64,000 nt of DNA from an uncultured Actinomycetes bacterium (GCA_963829735.1 CAWHJT010000001.1:69108-133107), one strand, 5' to 3'. Positions 48,629-58,980 are shown, counted from the first letter of the stretch. Numbers and translations are program-made. The notes: a model not told the origin generated them from the sequence alone.

Positions 48629-49900
48629 ATGCTCGACCTCCGGAGCATCCGCGAGGATCCCGAGCCGGCGCGAGCGGCGCTCCGCCGGCGCGGAGCCGCC
48701 GAGCAGCTCGACGAGCTCCTGAGCCTGGACGAGCGCCGCCGGGAGATCCTGCCGCAGGTGGAGGAGGGACGGGCGCGGCGAAACCGCGTCTCCGACGAGA
48801 TCGCCCAGCTCAAGCGCGAGGGCAAGGACGCCGACGGGCCGATCGCCGAGATGCGCGAGCTCGGTGGGCGGCTGAAGGAGCAGGAAGCCGAGCTGGCACA
48901 GGTGGAGGAGGCGTGCGATGAGCTCGCTGCGACTCTCCCCAACCTCCCCGACCCGGACGCGCCCGAGGGGGAGCCGGACGAGGACGCGGTCACGCTCCGC
49001 GAGGTCGGCGAGCGGCGCGAATTCGACTTCGAGATCCGCGACCATCTGGACATCGGGGTCGCGAACGGCTGGATCGAGATGGAGAAGGCAGCGGAGGCCT
49101 CCGGCTCGAGGTTCGCCTACCTGATGGGGGACCTGGTCATGGTCGAGGTGGTGCTCGTGCGACTGGTCCTCGAGTTGCTTCAGGAGGAGGGCATGAAGCC
49201 GGTCGTGCCTCCGGTCCTCGTTCGCGAGGGGCCGCTGTACGGAACGGGCTTCTTTCCAGGGGAGCGGGAGATGATCTACGAGGTTCCAAAGGACGAGCTG
49301 TTCCTGGTCGGCACCTCGGAGGTCTCCCTTGCGGCGCTCCACGGCGGCGACATCCTGGCCGCGGGGGAGCTGCCAATTCGCTACGCGGGTTACTCGACCT
49401 GCTTCCGGCGCGAGGCGGGCGCCGCCGGCCGGGACACGCGCGGGATCTTTCGCGTGCACCAGTTCGACAAGGTCGAGATGTTCTCGTTCGTGGAGCCGTC
49501 GGCATCGCGCACCGAGCACGAGCGGCTGCTCGCCATCCAGGAGCGGATCCTCCAGCTGCTCGACATCCCGTACCGGGTCGTGGACATCCCCACCGGCGAT
49601 CTGGGCGCACCCGCCGCGAGGAAGTTCGACTGCGAGGCATGGATTCCGAGCCAGGAGCGGTATCGAGAGGTCACGTCGTGCTCCAACACCACCGACTACC
49701 AGGCGCGCCGCCTGGACTGCCGCTACCGCCCCGAGCGGGAGGCCCAGCCGGTCCCGGTGCACACTTTGAACGGCACCGCCCTTGCCGTCGGACGCACCGT
49801 GATCGCACTGATCGAGAACGGCCAGCAGGCCGACGGCTCCGTCGCGCTGCCCGCCGCGCTCGTCGAGGCGGGCCTCCCCGAAACCATCGGCGGCGCCTAG
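48629..49900 (+). CDS. serS: seryl-tRNA synthetase
   Basis: Intact 423 aa with the N-terminal coiled-coil arm and class II motifs (FRREAGAAGRDTRGIFRVHQF, GTALAVGRTVIALIEN). Confidence 0.95.
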   Translation: MLDLRSIREDPEPARAALRRRGAAEQLDELLSLDERRREILPQVEEGRARRNRVSDEIAQLKREGKDADGPIAEMRELGGRLKEQEAELAQVEEACDELAATLPNLPDPDAPEGEPDEDAVTLREVGERREFDFEIRDHLDIGVANGWIEMEKAAEASGSRFAYLMGDLVMVEVVLVRLVLELLQEEGMKPVVPPVLVREGPLYGTGFFPGEREMIYEVPKDELFLVGTSEVSLAALHGGDILAAGELPIRYAGYSTCFRREAGAAGRDTRGIFRVHQFDKVEMFSFVEPSASRTEHERLLAIQERILQLLDIPYRVVDIPTGDLGAPAARKFDCEAWIPSQERYREVTSCSNTTDYQARRLDCRYRPEREAQPVPVHTLNGTALAVGRTVIALIENGQQADGSVALPAALVEAGLPETIGGA

Positions 49901-49971
49901 CCTGCAAAGTGCCCCGGCCCCGGAGTAGGGTCCGGCCAGGAGGGGTCAACCGCAACGGAAGTGAGGCATCG

Positions 49972-50331
49972 ATGGGCTTCATGGACAAGATGAAGAAGGC
50001 GGCGGAATCGGCGCAGGCGGCGACCAGCAAGGTCGGCGTGGGCGCGTCCGCCGACCAGATAGCCCTGGCCAACAAGGCCAAGCGCCTCACCGATGTCGGC
50101 GTGGACACCCCCGCGCACATCGACTCCATGACCTCGACCGGCAAGACCGACGCGCCGGGCGGCACCGAGTACGTGATCGCCCTGACCGTCAAGCCTGCCT
50201 CCGGTGAGGCCTACCAGGCTCAGATCAACCAGTACGTCTACCCCTCCGACCCGTTCTCGGAGGGGCAGGACGTCAACGTGAGAGTCGACCCGGAGGACTC
50301 GACCTCGGTGATGATCTGGGCCAGCCCCTAG
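49972..50331 (+). CDS. hypothetical protein
   Basis: Last 119 aa of ORF 49639..50331, from MGFMDKMKKAAESAQ. Good GC3. No family recognised. Confidence 0.55.
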   Translation: MGFMDKMKKAAESAQAATSKVGVGASADQIALANKAKRLTDVGVDTPAHIDSMTSTGKTDAPGGTEYVIALTVKPASGEAYQAQINQYVYPSDPFSEGQDVNVRVDPEDSTSVMIWASP

Positions 50332-50352
50332 CGGGGAGCGCCCCGAGGAGGA

Positions 50353-50748
50353 TTACTCCTCGGGATCGAGCTCCAGGGCGCAGGAGTTGATGCAGTACCG
50401 CTTGCCGCTCGGGTTCGGCCCGTCGTCGAAGACGTGGCCCAGGTGCCCGCCGCACTGCGCGCAGACGACCTCGGTCCGCTTCATGAACAGGCTGTTGTCC
50501 GGACGGAGCTCTACCCGGTCATCCTCCATCGGATCCCAGAAGCTCGGCCAGCCGGTGCCGGAGTCGAACTTCTGGTCGGAGCTGAACAGCTCCTGTCCGC
50601 ACCCGGCACAGCGATAGGTTCCGCCGGCCTTCTCGTCGTGGTAGGCACCGGTGAAGGCGCGCTCGGTTCCCTTGTTGCGAAGCACGTCGTACTGCTCGGG
50701 CGTCAGCTCGGCACGCCACTCCGCCTCAGACTTCTGAACCTTCTCCAT
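50353..50748 (-). CDS. msrB: peptide-methionine (R)-S-oxide reductase
   Basis: 131 aa from MEKVQKSEAEW. Zn Cys pairs CAGC and CAQC, GTGWPSF, and the catalytic RYCINS. Confidence 0.95.
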   Translation of the reverse strand: MEKVQKSEAEWRAELTPEQYDVLRNKGTERAFTGAYHDEKAGGTYRCAGCGQELFSSDQKFDSGTGWPSFWDPMEDDRVELRPDNSLFMKRTEVVCAQCGGHLGHVFDDGPNPSGKRYCINSCALELDPEE

Positions 50749-50863
50749 CTGGCTTCCTCGCTCAGTTCGCGTTCTCATACATGAGGTTAGTCGCGCGAGG
50801 GCGCCAGGCGTTACGCGGGCGTGATCCGTGTTTCCCCCGCGGCGCACCGGGAACCCCCGCGGT

Positions 50864-51270
50864 ATGGCTACCAAGATTCAACGAGCACGCAGGATCGTCG
50901 GGATTGCAATCGGAGCGGTCAAGGCGATCTTCCGGACCGGGAAGGCGTGGGGCACGACCCGAACCCGGGTCGCCACGGTTCGCCGCCCGACGCCCACCGT
51001 GACCCCCGGCGCGGCGCTGGCCGCCGGGGCCGTCGGTGGCGCGGCGGGTGCCTACTTCCTCGATCCCAAGAACGGCCAACGCCGCCGCCGGGCAGTCGGC
51101 AGGCGGGTGCCGCCGGTCAGGGGGGCGGTGGCGCTGGTGATACGGCGCGACGCGTCGAAGGAGGAGGCCGACGACAGCGTTGACGTCACAGCGGTGAAGA
51201 TGGCCGCCGGCAACGGTGCCGGGGCCCCGGTTCCCGAAGAAAGAGACGGCGGCCGTCGGCTCATAGGGCT
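50864..51270 (+). CDS. hypothetical protein (membrane helix + FLDPKNGQRRRR motif), 3' end uncertain
   Basis: From MATKIQRARRIVGIAIGAVKAIF in ORF 50828..51598. That frame has no stop before it runs into the next gene, so there is probably an indel near the TAG around 51262. Confidence 0.3.
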
Positions 51271-51326
51271 CGCCGGTCCCAGCCGGCGATCGCTCCGGCA
51301 CGCGGCGGGCGCATACGATCCGTCGG

Positions 51327-52157
51327 GTGCCGCAAGCGTTCTTCGTTCCCGAGGCGGACCGTTACGTTCCCACCGAGCTGACCCGGGGCCCCTGGGACCC
51401 GGACTCCCAGCACGCCGGGCCGCCGGCGGCGCTCATCGGACGGGAGGTGGCGCGCCTCGACGGAGGTGTCGGCCGCCGTGTCGGCCGCATCACCTACGAG
51501 ATCCTGCGCCCCGTACCCATCGCGCCGCTGACGGTGACCGCCGAGGTGGTCCGGCCCGGGCGCACGGTCGAGCTCGTCGAGGCGAGCCTGGCCGATGACC
51601 AGGGGGAGGTGATCAGGGCCAGGGCCTGGCGGCTCCGCGAGGGCGATGTCGACATCCCCGAGGGCCTCTCCAGCGAGGACGGCCCCGGGACGATCGGAAG
51701 CTCGCCCTCCACGCTGCGCCCCGGTTTCGCCCCGCCGGGGCCGGCCGAGTGCCCGCCGGGCACCTTCCCGGACACCGGGGAGGACGTCGGATACCACGCC
51801 GCGATGGAGTACCGGTTCGTGAGCGGCGACTTCGGCGAGCCCGGGCCGGCGATCGCCTGGATGCGCATGAAGGTGCCGCTGGTGGACGGCGAGGAGCCGA
51901 CGCCGCTCGAGCGGGTGCTCGCGGCGGCGGACTCCGGAAACGGTGTGAGCTCGACGCTGGACTGGAGCGCATTCCTGTTCATCAACGTCGATCTCACGGT
52001 GCACCTCCACCGAGAGCCGGACGGAGAGTGGGTCTGCCTCGACGCGATCACGATCCCCGAGCGGACCGGAATCGGGATCGCCGACACCGCTCTTTACGAC
52101 GAGCGCGGCCCGATCGGGCGGGCGGGCCAGACGCTACTGATCGACAGGGGCCGATGA
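51327..52157 (+). CDS. acyl-CoA thioesterase (TesB-like double hot-dog) family protein
   Basis: Intact 276 aa. ...GPWDPDSQHAGPPAAL...RITYEILRPVP...FINVDLTVHLHREP... Confidence 0.75.
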   Translation: MPQAFFVPEADRYVPTELTRGPWDPDSQHAGPPAALIGREVARLDGGVGRRVGRITYEILRPVPIAPLTVTAEVVRPGRTVELVEASLADDQGEVIRARAWRLREGDVDIPEGLSSEDGPGTIGSSPSTLRPGFAPPGPAECPPGTFPDTGEDVGYHAAMEYRFVSGDFGEPGPAIAWMRMKVPLVDGEEPTPLERVLAAADSGNGVSSTLDWSAFLFINVDLTVHLHREPDGEWVCLDAITIPERTGIGIADTALYDERGPIGRAGQTLLIDRGR

Positions 52158-53122
52158 ACGAGACCGACCGCAAGCCGGCCGTCCTCATCGCCCGGCGACT
52201 GCTGCCCGCCGGCGGGGATCGCCTCGCCGCTCGGTGCGAGCTCAGGGAGGGCGGCCTGAACGCGACGGTCGACGACCTGATCGCCCTCGCGCCCGGTGTC
52301 GACGCGATCGTGGCGGACCCGACCGTGCCGGTCACCGAGGACCTGCTCGACGCCGCCGGGGAAGGGCTCGAGGTCGTCGCCAACTACGCCGTCGGCTACG
52401 ACAACATCGATCTCGATGCGTGCCGGCGGCGCCGGGTCGCCGTCACCAACACCCCCGGCGTGCTCACCAACGCCACGGCGGAGCTCGCCCTGGCGCTGAC
52501 GCTAGCGGCCGCCCGTCTCATCAACACCGCCGAGGCCGAGCTGCGCCGCGGCCACTGGCGAGGGTGGGACCCGGGCGACATGCTCGGCCTCGAGCTGAGC
52601 GGTGCCACCTTCGGCGTGGTCGGGCTGGGTCGCATCGGGAGCCGGTACGCGGAGCTCGTGTCAGGCTTCGACGGGCGGACGCTCTACGTTGCTCCCTCGC
52701 CCAAGCCCGAGGCGGAGAAGGACCTCGGCGCCTCCCGGGTCAGCCTGGACGAGCTGCTCGCCGAGTCCGACATCGTGAGCCTGCACGCACCGGCTACGCC
52801 GGAGACCGAACACATGATCTCCACCGCCGAGCTCGACGCGATGAAGTCGCACGCCGTGCTCGTCAACACCTCCCGCGGGTCGCTGGTGGACTCCGAGGCT
52901 CTCGCGAAGGCGCTGTCCGACTCGGTGATCGGCGCCGCCGGCCTCGACGTCTACGAGCACGAACCCGACGTTCCGCAGCATCTGCTCGACGCGCCGCGCT
53001 GCGTGCTGCTTCCGCACATCGGTTCCGCGACGACCAAGGCCCGCGACGCGATGGCGTCGCTCGTCGCGGACAACGTGCTGGCCGTCCTCGACGGGGCGGA
53101 GCCGCCGAACCGAGTGGTCTAG
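52154..53122 (+). CDS. D-isomer-specific 2-hydroxyacid dehydrogenase (glyoxylate/hydroxypyruvate reductase-like)
   Basis: Starts at MNETDRKPAVL in ORF 51749..53122, with an ATGA overlap with the thioesterase stop. GVVGLGRIGSRYA (NAD site), ...NTSRG...HIGSAT. Confidence 0.9.
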   Translation: MNETDRKPAVLIARRLLPAGGDRLAARCELREGGLNATVDDLIALAPGVDAIVADPTVPVTEDLLDAAGEGLEVVANYAVGYDNIDLDACRRRRVAVTNTPGVLTNATAELALALTLAAARLINTAEAELRRGHWRGWDPGDMLGLELSGATFGVVGLGRIGSRYAELVSGFDGRTLYVAPSPKPEAEKDLGASRVSLDELLAESDIVSLHAPATPETEHMISTAELDAMKSHAVLVNTSRGSLVDSEALAKALSDSVIGAAGLDVYEHEPDVPQHLLDAPRCVLLPHIGSATTKARDAMASLVADNVLAVLDGAEPPNRVV

Positions 53123-53322
53123 ACCGCCCGTTCCGGCCTTCTGCAGTTTCTTGACCGAAGAGATCTGCTAGCCTGCGCGCCGCTTGTACACTAATCTAAT
53201 CGGGAAAGGCAGAAACTCTTTGATGGGTAACCGTTTTTCAAGGCCCGTCAGCCGTCTCAAGGGACGCGCCGACGGTAGGCAAGGAGGGCCACGGACCGCC
53301 GCGCGGGTGGTCTTGGCGGGCG

Positions 53323-54219
53323 TTGGCGCTTTGGCGATCGGCGCTTGGCATCGCAGCCTGCGGCTCGTCGTCAAGCGCGGACACCGGCTCGGTGGACATC
53401 GTCGCCTACTCCACCCCTGAGACGGTCTACAAGGACGGGCTCATCCCGGCCTTCAAGAAGACCTCCCAGGGTGCGAACGCGGACTTCTCGACCTCGTTCG
53501 GCCCCTCGGGCGATCAGTCGCGTGCGGTCGAGTCGGGCCAGCCGGCCTCGATCGTCCACTTCTCGATCCAGCCCGACATGCAGCGGCTGGTCGACGCTGG
53601 GCTGGTCGACTCGAACTGGGATCAGAACTCCTACAACGGGTTCGTCCAGGACTCGGTGGTCGTGTTCGTCGTCCGCCAGGGCAATCCCAAGGACATCCAG
53701 GACTGGAGTGACCTGGTGAAGCCCGGGGTCCAGGTGCTGACGCCCAACCCGTTCAGCTCGGGAGGCGCCCGCTGGAACCTGATGGCGGCGTACGGGTCTC
53801 AGATCGAGGAGGGCAAGTCCGACGCCCAGGCGCAGGAGTACCTGAAGCAGCTCCTCGGGAACGTCGTCCTGCAGGCCCCGGCGGCCAGCGACTCGATGAC
53901 CGCGTTCACGCAGGGCAAGGGCGACGTGGCCCTCGCCTACGAGAACGAGGCGATCGCGGCCCAGAAGGCCGGCGAGAAGGTCGACTACGTGATCCCAAAG
54001 GACACGATCCAGATCCAGACGCCGATCGCGACCACCACGGACGCGCCGACGACTGCTCAGGACTTCGTCAAGTGGCTGTACACGCCTGAGGCTCAGCAGA
54101 TCTGGGCCGACAACGGCTACCGGCCCGTCGTGAAGTCCGTGCTCGACAAGAACGCCAAGGAGTTCCCGACCCCGCCCGGGCTGTTCACCATCGACAAGCT
54201 CGGTGGCTGGGATAGGTGA
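53323..54219 (+). CDS. sulfate/thiosulfate ABC transporter substrate-binding lipoprotein
   Basis: 298 aa. Lipobox LGIAACGSS, then ...VDIVAYSTPETVYKDGLIPAFKKT...NPFSSGGARWNLMAAYG... A longer signal peptide (RVVLAGVGALAIGA) sits in the ORF 53184 frame, which suggests an indel near ~53343. Confidence 0.85.
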   Translation: MALWRSALGIAACGSSSSADTGSVDIVAYSTPETVYKDGLIPAFKKTSQGANADFSTSFGPSGDQSRAVESGQPASIVHFSIQPDMQRLVDAGLVDSNWDQNSYNGFVQDSVVVFVVRQGNPKDIQDWSDLVKPGVQVLTPNPFSSGGARWNLMAAYGSQIEEGKSDAQAQEYLKQLLGNVVLQAPAASDSMTAFTQGKGDVALAYENEAIAAQKAGEKVDYVIPKDTIQIQTPIATTTDAPTTAQDFVKWLYTPEAQQIWADNGYRPVVKSVLDKNAKEFPTPPGLFTIDKLGGWDR

Positions 54220-54292
54220 CGACCAAGTTCTTCGACGAGAACAACGGCATCGTCACCAAGGACGAGCAGGACCTGGGGGTTTCCACAAGCGG

Positions 54293-55136
54293 ATGAGTAC
54301 CGCCGTAACGGACACCTCCAGCGTTGCCCCCCCGAGGCCGGCCGCCTGGCCGCGCCTGGGGGGGCCGCGCTTGGTCGCGGCCTCGTCGTCGCGTACCTCA
54401 GCATCATCGTGCTGATCCCCATCGCTGCCCTGGTCGCGCAGTCGACCGACGGCGGGCTGGAGCGCGTTCTGGAACGCGATCTCGAACCCGGAGGCCTGGT
54501 GGGCGCTCAAGTGGACCGTGATCGCCTCGCTGATCGTGGTCGTCGTCAACGTCTTCGCCGGGACCGCGATCGCTTGGGTCCTGGTCCGGGACAAGTTCCC
54601 CGGAAAGGCCGCTCTGAACGGCGTCATCGACCTCCCGTTCGCGCTGCCGACGGTCGTGGCCGGGATCACGCTTCTCGCCCTCTACGGCCCCAAAAGCCCC
54701 ATCGGCGTCAATGCGGCCTACACGAAGATCGCGGTGATCATGGCGCTCCTGTTCGTCACCCTGCCGTTCGTCGTCCGTGCCGTACAGCCGGTGCTGATGG
54801 AGGTGGATCTCGAGGCGGAAGAGGCCGCCGCGTCCCTCGGTGCGCGCCCATTCACCACCTTCCGTCGCATCATCCTGCCAGCCTGATGCCGGCGATCCTG
54901 GCCGGCAGCGCGTTGGCGTTCGCCCGCGCGATCGGCGAGTTCGGCTCGCTGGTCCTCTTCGCGGGCATTCATCGCCTTCAAGACCGAGGTCATGTCGGGC
55001 CTGATCTACCAGGGGATCGGCTCGGGCAACCTCACCGGAGCCGCGGCTGCAATCCGTGATCCTGCTCGTGATCGCCCTGATCGTGCTGCTCATCTTCGGC
55101 CGCCTCACGAAGTGGAGCCTCCGACATGCTGGCTAG
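54293..55136 (+). CDS. cysT: sulfate ABC transporter permease CysT, heavily frameshifted
   Basis: MSTAVTDTSS (ORF 54203 frame) > LVVAYLSIIVLIPIAALVAQSTDGGL (ORF 54409 frame) > ORF 54518..54886 (core, ...LPFALPTVVAGI...) > LMPAILAGSALAFARAIGEFGSLVLFAG (54409 frame) > ORF 54992 frame > ...[22 protein letters not shown] 55134-55136. At least five frame changes. Confidence 0.75.
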
Positions 55137-55931
55137 CCGCAAGAGCAGATGGGGGCTCCGGGGCTTCGCGCTCGGTTACCTCGCCCTGCTGCTGCTGATC
55201 CCACTCGGGATGATCTTCTACCAGGCCTTCGAGCAGATTCGGCCCGGCGTTCGACTCGATCACCACCCCGGACGCGCTGCACGCCTTCTACCTGACGATC
55301 CTCGTGACCGCCATCGCGGTCCCGCTCAACACGATCTTCGGCGTGGGCTGCGCCCTGCTCCTGGTGCGGACGAGCTTCCGCGGCAAGGCGCTGATCAACG
55401 CGATCATCGACCTCCCGTTTGCGATCTCGCCGGTCGTCATCGGCCTCGCACTCCTCCTCGTCTACAGCCGAACCGGCTGGTTCGGCCCCTGGCTCGACGC
55501 CAACGGCCTTCAGGTCGCCTTCGCGCTGCCGGGAATCGTGCTGGCGACGGTCTTCGTCACGCTGCCCTTCGTCGTCCGCGAGGTCGTGCCCGTCCTGCAC
55601 GAGATCGGCGACGAGCAGGAGCAGGCGGCGCGGACGCTGGGCGCGAACTGGTGGCAGACCTTCTGGCGCGTCACCCTCCCGGCCATTCGCTGGGGGGTCA
55701 GCTACGGGGTCGTCATCGCCACTGCGCGCGCTCTCGGGGAGTTCGGCGCGGTCGCGGTCATCTCGGGCCGCATCTCGGGCCACACCCAGACGGCGACGAT
55801 CTGGATCCAGCAGGCGTTCGGCAACTTTGACCAGGCCGGCGCCTATCTCGGCGCGGTGCTCCTGGCCCTGCTCGCCGTCTCGATCTTGGTCGCAATGAAC
55901 ATGTCTCAAGCGAAAGGAAGCCACCTGATGA
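55126..55931 (+). CDS. cysW: sulfate ABC transporter permease CysW, frameshifted
   Basis: [35 protein letters not shown] is in ORF 55126 and joins near ~55250 to ORF 55304..56266 (...[14 protein letters not shown]...[13 protein letters not shown]...). No in-frame stop precedes the cysA ATG. A TGATGA sits one frame off at 55926-55931. Confidence 0.75.
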
Positions 55932-56975
55932 GCATCATCGTCGAGAACGCAACCAAGCGGTTCGGGGACTTCGTGGCGGTCGACGACGTCTCGCTCACGG
56001 TACCCGACGGCTCCCTGACGGCCCTGCTGGGCCCGAGCGGCAGCGGCAAGTCGACCCTGCTGCGGATCATCGCGGGGCTCGAGTCTCCCGACAGCGGCCG
56101 GGTCATGATCCAGGGCAACGACACGACGAACGTGCCGGCGCAGCAGCGGAACGTGGGCTTCGTGTTCCAGCATTACGCGGCGTTCAAGCACATGACCGTG
56201 CACGACAACGTCGCCTTCGGCTGCGGATCCGCAAGCGCGACAAGGCTGAGATCGAGCAGCGGGTGAACGAGCTTCTCGCGCTGGTGCACCTCGACGGGCT
56301 CGCCCAGCGGTATCCGTCGCAGCTCTCGGGCGGCCAGCGCCAGCGCATGGCGCTCGCGCGGGCGCTCGCGGTCGAGCCCAAGGTGTTGCTCCTCGACGAG
56401 CCGTTCGGCGCGCTCGACGCGCAGGTGCGCAAGGAGCTCCGGGCGTGGCTGCGCCGCCTCCACGACGAGGTTCACGTGACGACGATCTTCGTCACGCACG
56501 ACCAGGAGGAGGCCATGGAGGTCGCCGAGCAGATCGTCGTGATGAACACGGCCCAGGTCGAGCAGACCGGCCCGCCGCGCGAGCTCTACGAGCATCCGAA
56601 GAGCGAGTTCGTCATGGGCTTCGTCGGCGCCGTCAACCGCCTCGGCTCGTTGTTCGTGCGCCCGCACGACGTCGAGATCCTCCAGGCGCCGGAGCGGGGA
56701 GCCGACGAGGCGATGATCGAGCACATGGTCCACCTGGGCTTCGAGGTCAGGGTGGAGCTCGTGCTGCCGAGGGCGAGAACCTGTGGGCCCAGATCACGCA
56801 GGCCCAGGGCGAGCAGCTCGAGCTCGAGAAAGGCCAGATCGTCTACGTCCGGCCCAGCAGGGCCCGGGTGTTCGACAGCGAGGGCGACGCAACGGGCGAC
56901 GGCCTCGCTGACACGGAGGAGCTCCAGGCCGCTACTAGTAGGCCCGCAGGTCGGGCTTCTTGCCCATCTCTTTGA
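55928..56975 (+). CDS. cysA: sulfate ABC transporter ATP-binding protein CysA, frameshifted
   Basis: [15 protein letters not shown]...[12 protein letters not shown] (Walker A), then [15 protein letters not shown] and [11 protein letters not shown] in ORF 56263..57198, with the C-terminal domain in ORF 56445..56975. Frame changes lie near ~56220 and ~56770. The true stop may be the TAG near 56935. Confidence 0.85.
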
Positions 56976-57390
56976 CGCCGGACGGGATCCGGTCGGCGAT
57001 CACGTCGGCCAGCGTGACGTCGTCCAGGATCCGCGGACGTTGTTTCGCAGCGCGATCCAAACCTCGCGCAATGGCCTTGCGGTGCCCTTGTACTCGAGCT
57101 CATCGGGAGCCTCGCCTCGTACATTGGCGAGCGGCCCCTCGGCGGCGCGCATCACCTCGCCGATCGTGATCTGCTCCGGAGGCCGGCCGAGCCAGTAGCC
57201 GCCCTCCGCGCCGCGCCGGCTCTCGATCAGGCCGTGGTGGCGCAGGTCGCCGAGGATGTTCTCGAGGAAACGGACCGGGATGTCCTGGGCCGCGGCGATC
57301 TAGTCGCCCTTCATCGGGCCGGAGTCGAATCGCGGAGGCCAACTCGATCGCTGCCCTCACGGCATAGTCGGCTTTCGCGGAGACCCTCAC
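56935..57390 (-). pseudogene. Rrf2-family transcriptional regulator, disrupted (two frame changes + in-frame TAG)
   Basis: GTG 57390: MRVSAKADYAVRAAIELAS. This shifts to ...DSGPMKGD-TAG(about 57300-57302)[50 protein letters not shown]..., then shifts again to ...[34 protein letters not shown] 56935-56937. Confidence 0.7.
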
Positions 57391-57412
57391 GCATCCATTC
57401 CTATCAGCCAGG

Positions 57413-58594
57413 CTACGTGGCGAGTGGGTCGAAGCTCGCGTGGTAGAGGCCGTAGATCATCAGCGCTGCTGCGAGGAGCGCCACCACCGTGGGGACGACC
57501 CAGCTCTGCGGGTCCGTCCTGCGGCGGTAGAGCGGGTAGACCAAGAACACGATCGCCTGCGCGGTGAACAGGGCGATCAGCGAGGGGCGCAGCAGCTGCT
57601 CATAGATCTTCTCCGGGTTGACCAGGCTGATCGCGTCGACGGCGATGAACGGGACGGCGATCGCGGCGAGAGCCATTCGGATCGGCACGCCCAGCACGAA
57701 GTTGGCGAGGCGGCCGAGGGCCAGGAACTCGATCACGATGATGCCGACGATGCTGATGACCGTCGTCAGGCCGATCGCGACCGCAAGGGAGTGGCTGGAG
57801 TACGCATCGGCGATCGCCATGCCGGGGATCTCCGCGGATCGCAGCTCGGGCGGCATCTGCGCGAACGGGATCGCGACCACGAGCAGGTAGGCGCTCACGA
57901 CGCAGAACGCGGCGATGATCGCGACGCGGATCGTCCGGGTGCCCCCGCGGACCTCGCTGCCGAAGAACAGGGGGAGGCTCGCGCAGACGAAGAGAACGCT
58001 GAGCGCGAGGCCGCCGTCGAGGAGCGTGCTCGCTCCCACGTGAGGCGCCAGCGAGTGGGCGGGCTGAGCGGCGTTCGAGAGCTCGATCACGCCGAGCGCC
58101 AGAAGGAGGCCCAGCTGGACCACCGCCGAGACCAGAAGGAGCACGAGCGCCACCGTGACTCGCAGCAGGACGAGCGCCGTGATGGCGACCGGCAGGATCA
58201 GCTCGAGCTCCGTGCGCCATCCCGCCAGTCCGGGAAAGACGGTCGGTAGATGGTCGTAGACGACGTCGGTGACCGTGAACGGCAGGTAGAGCAGGTAGCT
58301 GACCGCCCAGATCCCGGCCTGGACCCTGGCGACCCTCGTGCCGGCCGCCGCCTCGACGAACGCGGTGAGGCCGCCCGTGGACGCGATGCGGCGCGAGTAG
58401 AGGACCCAGATCGCGATCGGCGCCGAGAATGCGACGATCGCGATGACCGTCGCGAGCCCCGACGAGACCACCGCGTCCCCAAGCGGAACGGGCAGGTACA
58501 GCGCCCCGAGCGCAAGCGGGCCGCCGATGGAGGCGACCGCGAGGCCCAGGAACAGCGGGGCGGGGAGCGAGCGCTCCCCGCCGAGTGCCGCCAC
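57413..58594 (-). CDS. multi-TM permease (APC-superfamily-like by topology)
   Basis: Intact 393-aa ORF, hydrophobic throughout. No diagnostic motif recognised. Confidence 0.6.
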   Translation of the reverse strand: MAALGGERSLPAPLFLGLAVASIGGPLALGALYLPVPLGDAVVSSGLATVIAIVAFSAPIAIWVLYSRRIASTGGLTAFVEAAAGTRVARVQAGIWAVSYLLYLPFTVTDVVYDHLPTVFPGLAGWRTELELILPVAITALVLLRVTVALVLLLVSAVVQLGLLLALGVIELSNAAQPAHSLAPHVGASTLLDGGLALSVLFVCASLPLFFGSEVRGGTRTIRVAIIAAFCVVSAYLLVVAIPFAQMPPELRSAEIPGMAIADAYSSHSLAVAIGLTTVISIVGIIVIEFLALGRLANFVLGVPIRMALAAIAVPFIAVDAISLVNPEKIYEQLLRPSLIALFTAQAIVFLVYPLYRRRTDPQSWVVPTVVALLAAALMIYGLYHASFDPLAT

Positions 58595-58611
58595 CGGGGT
58601 GGTGGGCGCTT

Positions 58612-58863
58612 CTAACCCCAGCCGGCGCCGCCGCTGCTGCTAGTGCTGGTGGTGCTCTGGGTCGAGGTGGTGGAGGTGGGCTTCGAGGTCGTGGTGGTGG
58701 TGGGCTTGGAGCTGTTGGTCACGGGCGTTGCGCTCCCGCCACCGCTCGCGCTGGTGCTGCTGCCGCTCGACCCGCAGCCGACGGCGACCGCGGCGACGAG
58801 TGCCAGGGCCGCGATGACGGCCGCCGCCCGGTAGGAGAACCATGACCAGCTGTGGCGAAGCAT
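58612..58863 (-). CDS. small Ser/Thr-rich lipoprotein
   Basis: 83 aa. Signal plus lipobox AVAVGCGSS, then a low-complexity S/T/G tail. Confidence 0.6.
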   Translation of the reverse strand: MLRHSWSWFSYRAAAVIAALALVAAVAVGCGSSGSSTSASGGGSATPVTNSSKPTTTTTSKPTSTTSTQSTTSTSSSGGAGWG

Positions 58864-58980
58864 TTCTTCCTCCTGCTCAACTGCGGTTGCGGATCGTACG
58901 TCTCGATCGGGATACCGGCCACCCCGCCCCGGTTCAATCGCGAGTCGAGGGCTCTGCGGCTGGGGCGGCCCCGACGGGCG

